A stretch of DNA of 26,922 nt from a virus (IMGVR_UViG_3300037313_001071:1-26922), one strand, 5' to 3'. Positions 1 to 8,992 are shown, counted from the stretch's first letter. Notes: generated from the sequence alone by a model not told the origin. Made by a program: numbers and translations.

Positions 1-418
1 CAAACACGCCCTTCATGGTAGCAATGAACGCGGCCTGCAGACGCAGAGCCCAGTAGTGGCCGACGCGGCGTGCCATCGCATCCATCGGGTCACGGGCAAT
101 CAGGTCGCCCGCCAGGTCCATGCTGGACCAGGATTGGTTGCGAGACAGGCGCACCTGGATTTCGGTCAGGGAACCGATCTTCTGCGGGGTGCTCTTTTGG
201 GTCTCGTCGTCCGTAGCGACGTTTTCCGCCACGTTGTCCACGTCCTTGAAGCTGGGTTCGTTGAACGTGAGACCGGCACCAGCCAGGTCCGCATTCAGCA
301 CAGGGTCGCTAACAGCGGCACCGGATTGCACCAGGGCGGAGAGCTCCATGGTGAGTTGTTGGCTGTAGCCTGTGAAGACCTCTGGCACAACAACATCTGA
401 AACTTTCACAATTGCCAT
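1..418 (-). CDS. Major capsid protein, N-terminal part (runs off the window)
   Basis: Not in the ORF track. Read by hand from ATG at 418 (RBS AAGGAG upstream): MAIVKVSDVVVPEVFTGYSQQLTMELSALVQSGA...TFNEPSFKD...SRNQSWSSMDLAGDLIARDPMDAMARRVGHYW. Resembles siphophage coat-protein N-termini and lies directly after the scaffold gene. Confidence 0.88.
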   Translation of the reverse strand, partial: MAIVKVSDVVVPEVFTGYSQQLTMELSALVQSGAAVSDPVLNADLAGAGLTFNEPSFKDVDNVAENVATDDETQKSTPQKIGSLTEIQVRLSRNQSWSSMDLAGDLIARDPMDAMARRVGHYWALRLQAAFIATMKGVF

Positions 419-459
419 TTCTAGCTCCTTCGTAAGGGTTATGGCTCAAGTTGCTAAAC

Positions 460-556
460 TCGAAGCCGGTCCCCATGGAAGGCGTTCGAAAGGGAAATTA
501 CTGAAGCCCATGCTTCATTGCGTCGTAATGTAGCATGGGGTTCCAGATCCGACAAG
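460..556 (-). promoter_or_regulatory. Capsid-gene leader: sigma70-like promoter plus two hairpins with AUGG loops
   Basis: Minus strand TTGTCG-17nt-TACATT with TGn extension, then TGAAGC-ATGG-GCTTCA (502-517) and TCGAA..TCC-ATGG-GGA..TTCGA (460-489). Confidence 0.55.
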
Positions 557-569
557 TTAGATAAATATC

Positions 570-1397
570 TTACTTGCGCGGCGGGGGCTTACCTCCGCCA
601 ATGGACGTACCAGCCGCCTTGGCCATGTTCTCGGCCTGCGCCCGGTTCTCACGCACCAGCCTGCCCTGCTCAGTCAGGTTCCAGTGTTCGTTGGTGAAGG
701 GGTTGGTGGTTCCGCCGCCACCTGCACCTCGGTTTCCACCAGCCCCACCACCAACGCTTTCGGCAAACCAGTGGGGACGCTTGTTGGTCATTTCGGTCAG
801 CCAGGTCACGGGGTCAATGCCAGGCGTAACCCCAACACCGTCCTTCGCAATCACCTGTCCGGTGCTTTCGTCGACTTCAAACGTGCGTTCCGCGTACAGC
901 AACGCGTCTTCCACCGCCGTATCCCGCACCTTTGCCTTTTGGGCAGCGGTACGCACGGCGTCATGGATCGTGCGCGTCTTGTCTTTGGACTTGTAGCCGT
1001 CCACCACCTTGGTCAGTTCTTCGTTTTGGGCTTTCAAGGTGTCGCGTTCGCGTTGCACCGGGCCCAGCCTACCGGCAATGCGTTGCTCCACAATCTTGTC
1101 GACCTTCTTGTCGTCGATCTTCCCTTCCGCGGCAATCTCCAGCTCAGGGATGCGAGCCAGTTGGCTTTGCACCTCTTCGATGTTCAATCCCGCAAACGGC
1201 TTCAACTGCTCACGCGTCTTGTTGTGGTCAGTGCGTTCTTTGCGCAGTGCCTCATGCACGCGCGTGAACTCTGCTTCGGGCTTCATGCCCTTCACAGCAA
1301 TCGTCAGGTGGTGCTTACCCTCGCGCTCTTCATAGAGGCCCTGGTATTCGCTATCCACCGTGCTAATGTCGTCAACGACGAGCTCCAGCTCTTTCAT
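570..1397 (-). CDS. Head scaffolding protein
   Basis: 275 aa, charged and coiled-coil, Gly-rich linker, C-terminal NPF...WNLTEQGRL motif. Lies between portal and capsid; RBS GGAG. Confidence 0.8.
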   Translation of the reverse strand: MKELELVVDDISTVDSEYQGLYEEREGKHHLTIAVKGMKPEAEFTRVHEALRKERTDHNKTREQLKPFAGLNIEEVQSQLARIPELEIAAEGKIDDKKVDKIVEQRIAGRLGPVQRERDTLKAQNEELTKVVDGYKSKDKTRTIHDAVRTAAQKAKVRDTAVEDALLYAERTFEVDESTGQVIAKDGVGVTPGIDPVTWLTEMTNKRPHWFAESVGGGAGGNRGAGGGGTTNPFTNEHWNLTEQGRLVRENRAQAENMAKAAGTSIGGGKPPPRK

Positions 1398-1428
1398 CTA
1401 CCTACTCCTGCAGAATCACTCTGCGTTT

Positions 1429-1450
1429 ATTAGCGGACCATTCCGCCAAT
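1429..1450 (-). promoter_or_regulatory. Hairpin with AUGG loop in the scaffold-gene leader
   Basis: ATTGGCGGA-ATGG-TCCGCTAAT on the minus strand, with one G-U pair. Confidence 0.5.
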
Positions 1451-1453
1451 TCT

Positions 1454-2986
1454 TTACTTCTTGGGCTTGTTCCCAGTCTTGTTACTTTGCGTCGGAGTCT
1501 TCTTAGGCCCACCCGCCGCTTCCAATGCATTGTTCCCCTTCAAGCCAACGGCCATCTTTTCCGCCCTGTCCATCAGCAGCGTCGGGTCTTTTTCAATGAG
1601 CGCCATTTCTTCCGCGAACGTGGTGTCCACCAGTCCACGCGCCTTCGCAATCTTGTGCAGGCTCTCATAGCTAATGGGGTAGCCCAGGTTCTTAGCCGTA
1701 ATGAGCTGCACGATGTCCTGGCCTTCAATTGCCACGTTGGTGAAGTCGAGGTTAGGTACAACCTTCACTTCTTCTGGCTTCTCGCCCATCCACTTAGCAA
1801 GCGTGCGCAGCAACCGCTCGAGGCCCCAGGCGCTGCTGAGCGCAACGCTGGTAAGTGTAGCAGTCTGCGCCGCAACACGCGTCTTGAGCGCCTCACCGCT
1901 CTCCATCGACATCTTGCCTGGTGCCAGCAACTGTCCCGTCCGCACAGCCGCAGCCATCTTGTCGTTCTGGATGGCTTCCTTCTGTTCGCTCAACCCGTCA
2001 CTGCTAACGCCAATGTATTTAGCGTCCCCGCCAAGGTTCACGTCAATGCGCGCACCAGCACCAACCCGCAGGCTCTCCCCAGCGTTCACGTTCGTATCCA
2101 GCACGCCGCCGATAACCACAAGGGTGTCCTGGCCCTGCATGAACAACGTGAAGCGGTAGTCTGCTTCCGCGCGGTAGATGGTGTAGCAGAGGCGGCCCAG
2201 GCCAAGGAGCGGGGGCACATCCGGTTCAGTCAAGTTGTCCTTTGCGTTAATGAATACAAAGGGAATCTCGTCCAACGGTTTGCCCCGCAGCATTGCCGTT
2301 GTCATTTGGTCTTCCACGAAGTCTTGTTCGCCGTCAAAGACCCCGAACTTGTAGACGCCCTTGGTTTCGTTCGCGTCAGCGGAGCCAAGGAGCAGTGCGC
2401 GGTAGATCTCTTTCCGCTCCCAGGAAGCACCCGTGCGCTTGTTCGTGGTCTCGTCCAGCACCACCAAGTTCAAGGTCTCAGCCATGTCCTCCGCTTCACC
2501 GTCGTCCCAGTTCAGGATCGATTCCGCTGTGTAAAGCGCCATGTACGGCAACGGGTTCTTCGGGTCCGGTCGCGCTGGCAAATCCCCAAGCAACCCAACC
2601 CGCCCGGTAATCAGAACCTGTTCATGTATCCGCCGCAACAACGCGTCCAGGCTCTCGCCCTTGTTCGTCGCCTTCTTCAGCAGGTACTCCATCTTGGCCG
2701 GGAGCTGGAACTTCGCTGGTTGCGCATTCAGCACCCCCACCAACGTCTCAACGCCCACCTGTACGTAGTCAGGGAACACCGCCCGCATCAGGTAGGACTC
2801 ATACGCGATCTTGCCCTTGTCCGTCGGCTTATTCATGCCGTCCAGCACATGGCTAACAAGCGGGGGCAGGTACACTGACCCCTTCCCCTTCACATGCCTT
2901 TCGCCCTTGAACGCGTCACGCAGCATGTCCCAATCAGGTTTGCTATCTGCGTACAACGGATGTACATCTCTAATGCTCATGCTCAC
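1454..2986 (-). CDS. Portal protein (DUF4055-like)
   Basis: 510 aa directly downstream of TerL. HPLY...WDMLRDAFKGE, YLMRAVF, IPFVFIN, PPLLGL and SGEALKTR motifs are typical of DUF4055-type portals. Confidence 0.88.
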   Translation of the reverse strand: MSMSIRDVHPLYADSKPDWDMLRDAFKGERHVKGKGSVYLPPLVSHVLDGMNKPTDKGKIAYESYLMRAVFPDYVQVGVETLVGVLNAQPAKFQLPAKMEYLLKKATNKGESLDALLRRIHEQVLITGRVGLLGDLPARPDPKNPLPYMALYTAESILNWDDGEAEDMAETLNLVVLDETTNKRTGASWERKEIYRALLLGSADANETKGVYKFGVFDGEQDFVEDQMTTAMLRGKPLDEIPFVFINAKDNLTEPDVPPLLGLGRLCYTIYRAEADYRFTLFMQGQDTLVVIGGVLDTNVNAGESLRVGAGARIDVNLGGDAKYIGVSSDGLSEQKEAIQNDKMAAAVRTGQLLAPGKMSMESGEALKTRVAAQTATLTSVALSSAWGLERLLRTLAKWMGEKPEEVKVVPNLDFTNVAIEGQDIVQLITAKNLGYPISYESLHKIAKARGLVDTTFAEEMALIEKDPTLLMDRAEKMAVGLKGNNALEAAGGPKKTPTQSNKTGNKPKK

Positions 2987-4524
2987 GTTCCCTTCGTCGT
3001 TCCGCTCTTCGCACCGCCCGCATCCAGCACGCGGTAGCGAAATTCGTCGCCAATGTGGTCTTCACTATCTGTATCCACGTCTTCCGGGTCTTTCTCGTCG
3101 CGTGGCAATATCGGGACGAGTTCAACAAAGTGTTCGCAGTATTCTCCAAATACAAACAAGCCAGGCTTTTCCCGCGGCTGCCCGGGACCTGGAGGCTGTG
3201 CATGCTGGATATACGTTCTGCAACGCTCCCACCCGTTCCTTCTGGAACCAGGACTCTTATCAGCACGCGTCCACATAACACCCGGATACATCTTGCCGTC
3301 ATCCAGACGCTGTGGTTTAGACATATCGGCAGCAATACTTCCGCCGTTCTCGACGTCAAATATGCTACCGTCAGCAGGTCCAGGTACCACGCGCCCATGG
3401 ATGCCCCATGCGAGTTCGCGCTCGATTATACCTTTTGCGACATCGGATGCGAGCATCTGGAGGCCTTGGTTGGCCTTACCCGTGGTGCCGTACCATTCGC
3501 GGATCCGGAACAAGTCTCCCTTCACCGTGCTCCTATACCGCCCGTCCGGCAGCAGCACATCACTCCCGTCGCTCTCGGCCCACCAGCCCACGCTAAACGG
3601 TTTGGTGCTGCCCCAGTCAAAGCTGCGGTTGATTTTCCAGGTGTGGGGAATCTTAAAGGCGCCAACCAAGTTATGGTCTGCTGACCACACATCGTCAAAC
3701 ATACCTCCGCTCACAATGTCCCAGCTCCCCTCCAGCCAAGCCTTCTTCTTATTAATGTCCGTCATGCTCACAAGCTCTGCCACGTACTTCGGGTCCAGAT
3801 ACTTGTTCTCTTTGTACGTACCAAACAGATGCGTCTGCGTCGTTACAAAGTCTTCTTCCTTGCGCGTCTGTGGGTTAAACACCCGCACAGTCTTCCGCAC
3901 AATCTGTCCAGGGCGCCCAGCCTTAATAAACTTCTTTTTCACCCAATTGTGCCCAGGTCCAAATGGGTTTGTTGTTGCCACCACCTCCAGCGGCATCTTG
4001 GGTGGGTACCCAATAACACGCCCAGCGCGGTCATAAATCGGGTAATCCTCAGGTCTAAATGAACTGCGGTTGCAGCTCATCATCATTTCAAACAACTCAT
4101 CGGTCGGGTACTTCGTTAGCTCGTTCCAGCCAATGAAGGGAAATTCTTGCCCGTGGTAGTTCCAGTAATCCTGGGGGCGCTCGATGGTCCGGAACAACAG
4201 TTCTTCACCTGTTTTCCACACCCACCTGTAGTCGCTTTTGCTGCTAAGGAAGCGGCACCCGTCCTTGAACTCTGGAAACCACCTCAAGCTCTTGCTCACC
4301 AAGTCGTCCAGGTTCTTGTACTCGCGGTCAAATATGACGCCGCGCCAGTGCCGCCCAAACCCCTGCCCCACCCATTGGCGGAAGCGCATGAGCTGCCCAT
4401 CTGTCTTCCCTGGACCCCGTGTGCCGTGCACGAGTAAGACGTGCGCAGGGCACGTCATCATGAGAGTCTGGGACCCGGGCAGGGGTTCCCAGACTACTTT
4501 GACGCCGTCAACTAATCTTGCCAT
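2983..4524 (-). CDS. terL: Terminase large subunit
   Basis: Walker A GTRGPGKT, Walker B FIGWNELT, coupling motif ATTNP, nuclease SFDWG and C-terminal EDHIGDEFRY. Confidence 0.95.
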   Translation of the reverse strand: MARLVDGVKVVWEPLPGSQTLMMTCPAHVLLVHGTRGPGKTDGQLMRFRQWVGQGFGRHWRGVIFDREYKNLDDLVSKSLRWFPEFKDGCRFLSSKSDYRWVWKTGEELLFRTIERPQDYWNYHGQEFPFIGWNELTKYPTDELFEMMMSCNRSSFRPEDYPIYDRAGRVIGYPPKMPLEVVATTNPFGPGHNWVKKKFIKAGRPGQIVRKTVRVFNPQTRKEEDFVTTQTHLFGTYKENKYLDPKYVAELVSMTDINKKKAWLEGSWDIVSGGMFDDVWSADHNLVGAFKIPHTWKINRSFDWGSTKPFSVGWWAESDGSDVLLPDGRYRSTVKGDLFRIREWYGTTGKANQGLQMLASDVAKGIIERELAWGIHGRVVPGPADGSIFDVENGGSIAADMSKPQRLDDGKMYPGVMWTRADKSPGSRRNGWERCRTYIQHAQPPGPGQPREKPGLFVFGEYCEHFVELVPILPRDEKDPEDVDTDSEDHIGDEFRYRVLDAGGAKSGTTKGT

Positions 4525-5023
4525 TGGCCAGGTCCGCCTGGCTTTGCACCGCTGTGGCTTCCCATGCTTCCGTGCTATTGGGAGGCGCAGGGATACGCAT
4601 CACGCCACCCTGCATGTTCACATCGTGCTTATGCTGCGACGCCGGTTCCATGTTTTCCAGCTTCGCCAGCGCGGCAAGCGCACTGACACGGGCAGCGTGG
4701 CTACTACCGGGGCCCCTGTAGTGCGCCTCACGCATCAGCTGGTTCTTAATCCGCTTGCGGTTGTACTCAGCTTCTGCAACCTCGTCGTTTCCAGTGTATT
4801 CAACACTCTTAATCTTCCGTTGCACATACGCCTCGTCCATGAACTGGCTGGCGTAGCGCACTGCGAACTCGCGCGGGAACCCGCAACGCATGGCGGCGTT
4901 GACTTGGTTGTAGTCAATCAAATACTCAGCCACGAACATATCCCGGAGCGCCTTTTCACGCTCGGTCATCGTGTCTGCCCTGATGTAATCTTCTTCCCTT
5001 GGAGGATCTGGAATTGCGGCCAT
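4508..5023 (-). CDS. terS: Terminase small subunit
   Basis: FVAEYLIDYNQVNAAMRCGF helix-turn-helix typical of Terminase_2; overlaps the TerL start. Confidence 0.88.
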   Translation of the reverse strand: MAAIPDPPREEDYIRADTMTEREKALRDMFVAEYLIDYNQVNAAMRCGFPREFAVRYASQFMDEAYVQRKIKSVEYTGNDEVAEAEYNRKRIKNQLMREAHYRGPGSSHAARVSALAALAKLENMEPASQHKHDVNMQGGVMRIPAPPNSTEAWEATAVQSQADLANGKIS

Positions 5024-5081
5024 TTTGATCTCCTATCGGAGGTCGCTTTCCTGGAGTATAGCTGATCCGCGAGGTCAGATA

Positions 5082-5300
5082 CTAAAACTCGCAACTAAAG
5101 CCGGCCTTTACAGCAGCAATACAAATTGCAGGCTGCGAAGGACCGGCTTTAGTGCAGTAGAGGGGAGGCGGCCCAGGTTCCGCCTTCGTCACCTCAATCT
5201 TTGGGCGGCAAGATTCCAACCTTATCGGAAGTGGCGTAGTTGAGGAACACGCCGACAACGATAGCAATGGCGCTAGCCACCGTAGTAGCCTCAGCTTCGC
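5082..5300 (-). CDS. Putative lipoprotein (spanin-like) overlapping the 3' end of the upstream membrane gene; start uncertain
   Basis: Frame reads KLRLLRWLAPLLSLSAC-SSTTPLP...PGPPP...GFSCEF: basic residues, hydrophobic stretch, lipobox LSAC and a Pro-rich mature part, within the lysis cassette. No ATG just before the signal. Confidence 0.4.
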   Translation of the reverse strand, partial: AKLRLLRWLAPLLSLSACSSTTPLPIRLESCRPKIEVTKAEPGPPPLYCTKAGPSQPAICIAAVKAGFSCEF

Positions 5301-5469
5301 CGAAGGGGAGCTGGATGCCCTGCGCGGCAAGGTACTGCACAATGGCAACGAACATGCCGCTGAGCACCATGGTGAGCGTCGAGACGTTCTTCCAGGTTGC
5401 TGCGTTCGTAAGGGATTCACCCTTACGCAAAAGGTCCAAAAGGACAAAGATTTTCGAAAGACCAAACAT
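5194..5469 (-). CDS. Two-TM membrane protein of the lysis cassette (holin/antiholin- or spanin-related)
   Basis: 91 aa with two hydrophobic segments; RBS GAGGAG; directly after the endolysin. Confidence 0.65.
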   Translation of the reverse strand: MFGLSKIFVLLDLLRKGESLTNAATWKNVSTLTMVLSGMFVAIVQYLAAQGIQLPFGEAEATTVASAIAIVVGVFLNYATSDKVGILPPKD

Positions 5470-5499
5470 ATCATCTACTCCTCACAGTGGGTTAATATT

Positions 5500-6060
5500 T
5501 CACGCGCCCTCTTTCAAGGTCGTGACCACACGCTGTAGCATCCAGCCGTAAATGAAATCCTCCTGCGTCACTTGCGACTTAGCAAGTTGCAAGAAGTGTC
5601 CACCCTGGCTGCACGCAATCGCGTACCGCATAACCTCAGCACCTTCAGCACCTCTCCACCTACGATAAGCACGAAAAGCGCTAAGAGTAACAGAGCCAAT
5701 CCGACCGTCCACAAACACATCTGCATAGCGGCTTCCTTGCATGTTAAACGCATTGAGCCACTCTTGGAACATCGGGGAAACGCGCGCCGGGCCCATAAGC
5801 ACCCCTGCGTCCACAAGCCTTCGCCCGACGCCTTCATCGATCTCTGCCACCTTATCAAACTTAGGCGCCGCGATGTAGCGGTCCCTGTAGATTTCACGCG
5901 CGACGGACACAGGTAGGTTCTGCATCGCACCCGTGTAACCCCATTTGGCGGCGGTGGCTTGTGTGATGCCCCAATTGGTTGGACCGCCCCGGTCATTCGG
6001 ATGATCGACAAAACCCTTCTCCCTGGCAATGACATCGTCAATCACGTCTTCAAAGTTCAT
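5500..6060 (-). CDS. Endolysin, glycoside hydrolase family 108 with C-terminal peptidoglycan-binding domain
   Basis: EKGFVDHPNDRGGPTNWGIT GH108 motif; VDGRIGSVTL and FIYGWMLQRV PG_binding_3-like end. Confidence 0.93.
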   Translation of the reverse strand: MNFEDVIDDVIAREKGFVDHPNDRGGPTNWGITQATAAKWGYTGAMQNLPVSVAREIYRDRYIAAPKFDKVAEIDEGVGRRLVDAGVLMGPARVSPMFQEWLNAFNMQGSRYADVFVDGRIGSVTLSAFRAYRRWRGAEGAEVMRYAIACSQGGHFLQLAKSQVTQEDFIYGWMLQRVVTTLKEGA

Positions 6061-6260
6061 TGCTTAGGTCCTTTGCGCCTACCGCGCATCCAGTCTTTCT
6101 CTTCCCGCCACCATTTCCGCAGCAGGTACGCAGCCTGGATAACCACATAGCAGCCCGTCAGGAAGCCAATCCAGTTCAAGCTAGTGGCCCAATACAGCCA
6201 GGTCCCGCCAACAGCAGGAGTCCCCTGTGCCGCTTGAGAAAAGAATTCACTCCTGAACAT
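6057..6260 (-). CDS. Holin (class II, T7 gp17.5-like)
   Basis: 67 aa from ATG 6260 (RBS GGAGG): hydrophobic core SLNWIGFLTGCYVVIQAAYLL with a basic C-terminal tail; ATGA overlap with the endolysin. Confidence 0.72.
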   Translation of the reverse strand: MFRSEFFSQAAQGTPAVGGTWLYWATSLNWIGFLTGCYVVIQAAYLLRKWWREEKDWMRGRRKGPKQ

Positions 6261-6405
6261 CTGATGCCTCCTTGGGTTCTGTGCAAGGCACTTCAGAAGG
6301 TTTCGCGTCATATTGCCTCTCATCGCGGGGCAGCTTGCGCACATCCCCGTTCATGTCCATGCTCTTACGCATGCACCACTTGGCGTATTCTTCTGCTTCG
6401 GTCAT
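6247..6405 (-). CDS. Small hypothetical protein (52 aa)
   Basis: Below the track cut-off. RBS AGGAG + ATG; MTEAEEYAKWCMRKSMDMNGDVRKLP...; overlaps the holin start. Confidence 0.5.
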   Translation of the reverse strand: MTEAEEYAKWCMRKSMDMNGDVRKLPRDERQYDAKPSEVPCTEPKEASDVQE

Positions 6406-6550
6406 TTCACTGCTCCTACTTAGTGAAAAGGCCGTAACAGAGGGAGGTCAGGCCTTGTTATTGCTTTGGCCCAAGCATACGACTTTGCGGGTTTGAGAAA
6501 AGGCAGGCGCCTAAGATAATTCGCGCTGACCGGGCGAAACCGGGTGTGGG

Positions 6551-6793
6551 TTAGATGCTAATGTTGAGCCCCAGCTCACGGAAGAGCTGGACCTGTAGGG
6601 CTAGTTTGTCAAGCAACACACCCTGGAGCTCGAGACTGGATTCACGCAGCCGTTCCATTTCTTCCTTGTCGCCCTGCTTACAAGCCAGAACGTACATTTC
6701 GATATTCGCTTTGGCTTTGAGCGTAATGACGTTGACCTCGTACAGGATCTTGTCCAGTACGGCTTGCTTCTGTCTGCGCTCTGCGTCTTCCAT
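6551..6793 (-). CDS. Hypothetical helical protein (80 aa)
   Basis: MEDAERRQKQAVLDKILYEV...; starts 1 nt after the nuclease stop. Confidence 0.6.
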   Translation of the reverse strand: MEDAERRQKQAVLDKILYEVNVITLKAKANIEMYVLACKQGDKEEMERLRESSLELQGVLLDKLALQVQLFRELGLNISI

Positions 6794-6794
6794 T

Positions 6795-7313
6795 TTAGCC
6801 ACCCATGGCAAATTGGACTGGCGGGAGGGGGACGGCGGGATTCCGCGTATCCAGTTCAGGATGCTCTGCACGAAGGTTTGCGCGGACGTGCCACCGGAAC
6901 CATTCCTTGAAGTCGTCATAGTCAAGCTCCACCCTGAACGGGAAATAGCTTTGCGCCGTCGCCCCCTGGAACTCGGCAACCGTAATACAGCGCCACTTCG
7001 TGCGCTGCCCAGGCTTAGCGTTTTGACGGAACAGGAGCACAGGGATCCCGTTCAGCGCCTTCGCACTCGCCAAGCACTGCGCCCACCAGGAGTTGATCGA
7101 GAGGGTTTCCTGCCTCTTTACCTCAATGGCAAAACCATACGTGCCAACCAAGTCACATCCGCCCACAGCGCTTTGCTGCTGGTTGCGCTGGACCTGCGGC
7201 TTTGTGAGCGCGGGTAGGCCAAGCTGGGCCCTGACCACAGTGATGATGGCGTTAAGGTCGTCAGCGATTTCCCGCTCACCCACCTGGCCCTTGGCACGTA
7301 TGTTGATGCCCAT
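6795..7313 (-). CDS. PD-(D/E)XK endonuclease / Holliday junction resolvase-like
   Basis: RAKGQVGEREIA...GCDL...AIEVKRQE...PVLLFR motif order of Hjc-like resolvases. Confidence 0.8.
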   Translation of the reverse strand: MGINIRAKGQVGEREIADDLNAIITVVRAQLGLPALTKPQVQRNQQQSAVGGCDLVGTYGFAIEVKRQETLSINSWWAQCLASAKALNGIPVLLFRQNAKPGQRTKWRCITVAEFQGATAQSYFPFRVELDYDDFKEWFRWHVRANLRAEHPELDTRNPAVPLPPVQFAMGG

Positions 7314-7320
7314 GATGTGG

Positions 7321-7536
7321 TTACACCTGTTCTTCGACGTCTTCTTCGGGGATGAAGAACGCCATTGCTTCCGGGTCACGCGCCCCGTCCAGCGTTACGC
7401 GGACGTGGGGCACGGACATCTCGATGTCGTTCTCCACAGGGTCCAGCTCGTACACCTTCGTACCCTCGGGCAGCGGGGCAATGAAGGGGCCGGTGGTAAC
7501 GAGGCGGTCACCGCGTTTGACTTTGAAGATTCTCAT
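7321..7536 (-). CDS. Hypothetical protein (71 aa)
   Basis: ATGA coupling with the upstream gene; fits operon packing. Confidence 0.6.
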   Translation of the reverse strand: MRIFKVKRGDRLVTTGPFIAPLPEGTKVYELDPVENDIEMSVPHVRVTLDGARDPEAMAFFIPEEDVEEQV

Positions 7537-7895
7537 GCTACTATTCCTTTGCTTGATGGAAGATTGAGGTCCCGCAGAGCTTGCGGAAGGGATTGGGATT
7601 CGAGGCGTGCTTTTTCGAGAATGACCTTACGCTTACCGTAATGCGCCACCTTCTCGTAGTTGTACAGCGCCTCGTGACCACGCTTGGCCTTACCCAACGT
7701 CCGTGCCGCAGCCGTTCGCCACAGCGCCTTGAACGCCTCGCCCTCGTTGAAGTCCATGCCGAGCGCCTCAATGATATCGCTGCACTCAGCCTGGTAAGGC
7801 TCACCCAATTGGTTCGGGTGCTTAACTTCAACAATGTAGTAGTTGACCGGTCCCCCGGTCCACTCTGTCGTAAAGCTCTTATCAGCCATGGTCAT
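7533..7895 (-). CDS. DUF3310-like (T7 gp1.7 nucleotide-kinase related) protein
   Basis: GGPVNYY...ECSDIIEALGMDFNEGEAFKALWR...YEKVAHY pattern. Start moved to the ATG at 7895/7889 because the longer ORF overlaps a terminator. Confidence 0.7.
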   Translation of the reverse strand: MTMADKSFTTEWTGGPVNYYIVEVKHPNQLGEPYQAECSDIIEALGMDFNEGEAFKALWRTAAARTLGKAKRGHEALYNYEKVAHYGKRKVILEKARLESQSLPQALRDLNLPSSKGIVA

Positions 7896-7964
7896 TTGTT
7901 TGTGGGGTCCGCGCAGTGTACAGGTACAGCCAACAGGATAGCAAGTGTGCGGGGATGTAAAGTC

Positions 7965-7994
7965 AAAAAAAATCCCCGCACACAGGCGGGGATT
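7965..7994 (-). terminator. Rho-independent terminator
   Basis: AATCCCCGC-CTGTGT-GCGGGGATT followed by a T run on the minus strand. Confidence 0.85.
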
Positions 7995-8988
7995 AAGATC
8001 CAAATCCATGCCAACTTACGCTGACGGAGAAAGGCGTAGGTTGCAGAGGGGACTAGCGCACAGACGTTGGATCACACCTAACAGTGGCAACTGCGTGGAG
8101 GTGCAAGGATGCGGGTCGGTAGCCCAACCAAACCGGAATTCGCCCAACCGGAAAGGGCGCGAACCTATAAACCACCGACCCGCAAAGGGGAGCTGACTAC
8201 CTGAATCAACTCTCCCTTGCGGACTGGCACAAGGGGACCTGAGCTTTTTACGTTGGAGCGGTACCCCCAACCGAGGACTGACAGATCATCGACCTCTTGT
8301 TTGCGTGACAGCAAAGGTCCGCCGGCTAGCGGTGTTGCAGCAGGAACCCCATGGCGAACATGGCAGTCGTCCTCCACTAACCGGCGGGCCTTTGCCGTCG
8401 CTTCACAGCGATACGCAAAGGATGCTGGGTTGCAAAATCCCAGCTGGCGGCGCACATTCTTTTTGATTCGACCCAAGCACCGGGGGTCTCCTCCACAATG
8501 GAGTGTGTTTTAGGGGTTGGGCAGGGTGTGCGTGGATCCTCTCGGGAAACAGAGGGCTCCCAACGCGTCCTATTCAGTAGAAACTACCTTCACATGGACC
8601 AAACGGGGGCCGGTCATCCTCCGACTCACACTCGCACAGTACCCAACCTCTAAAAGACACTCCTGGAATGTGTTTTTGGCGCTACCCGACTGCATGGTCT
8701 GATTGCATTCAGACTGGTATTGGGACCAACCTCACAGTCTTAAACGGACAAGTCCGTCTGCGATCTACACCCGGATAGCGGCAGAAACACATTCCTGCGC
8801 AGCGGTACTTCTTTGAATTGCGCCCCGCTGAGGCCCAATATACGGCACAGTCCCACGCGGCATCTCCCGACTGGCAGGTTCGTCTTTGTGCCACAAACGG
8901 GCGGGACAGAGGCTCTACGGACGTTGACACCCGTCAAGCCAAGTCGGTATCCATTTCTGGCTACCAACACCCGTTTGCTGCGTGGTGC
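7995..8988 (-). ncRNA. Candidate ~1 kb highly structured non-coding RNA
   Basis: No credible ORF; bounded by a promoter and a terminator. Many nested helices (8500-8523/8640-8663, 8319-8332/8374-8387, 8110-8122/8172-8184, 8665-8689/8771-8795, 8894-8901/8970-8977), with most imperfect pairs being G-U on the minus strand. Confidence 0.75.
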
Positions 8989-8992
8989 ATGC

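Noticed and set aside
56-5065. Long plus-strand ORFs (e.g. 1487-2878, 3053-4036) opposite the head genes
   Set aside because: Antisense shadows of GC-rich coding genes with no motifs; the same applies to 19643-20653, 20975-22396 and 24186-25268 on the minus strand.
7995-8988. tRNA cluster, tmRNA or self-splicing intron interpretation
   Set aside because: No convincing cloverleaf or T-arm, no interrupted host gene, and no recognisable intron core by eye.
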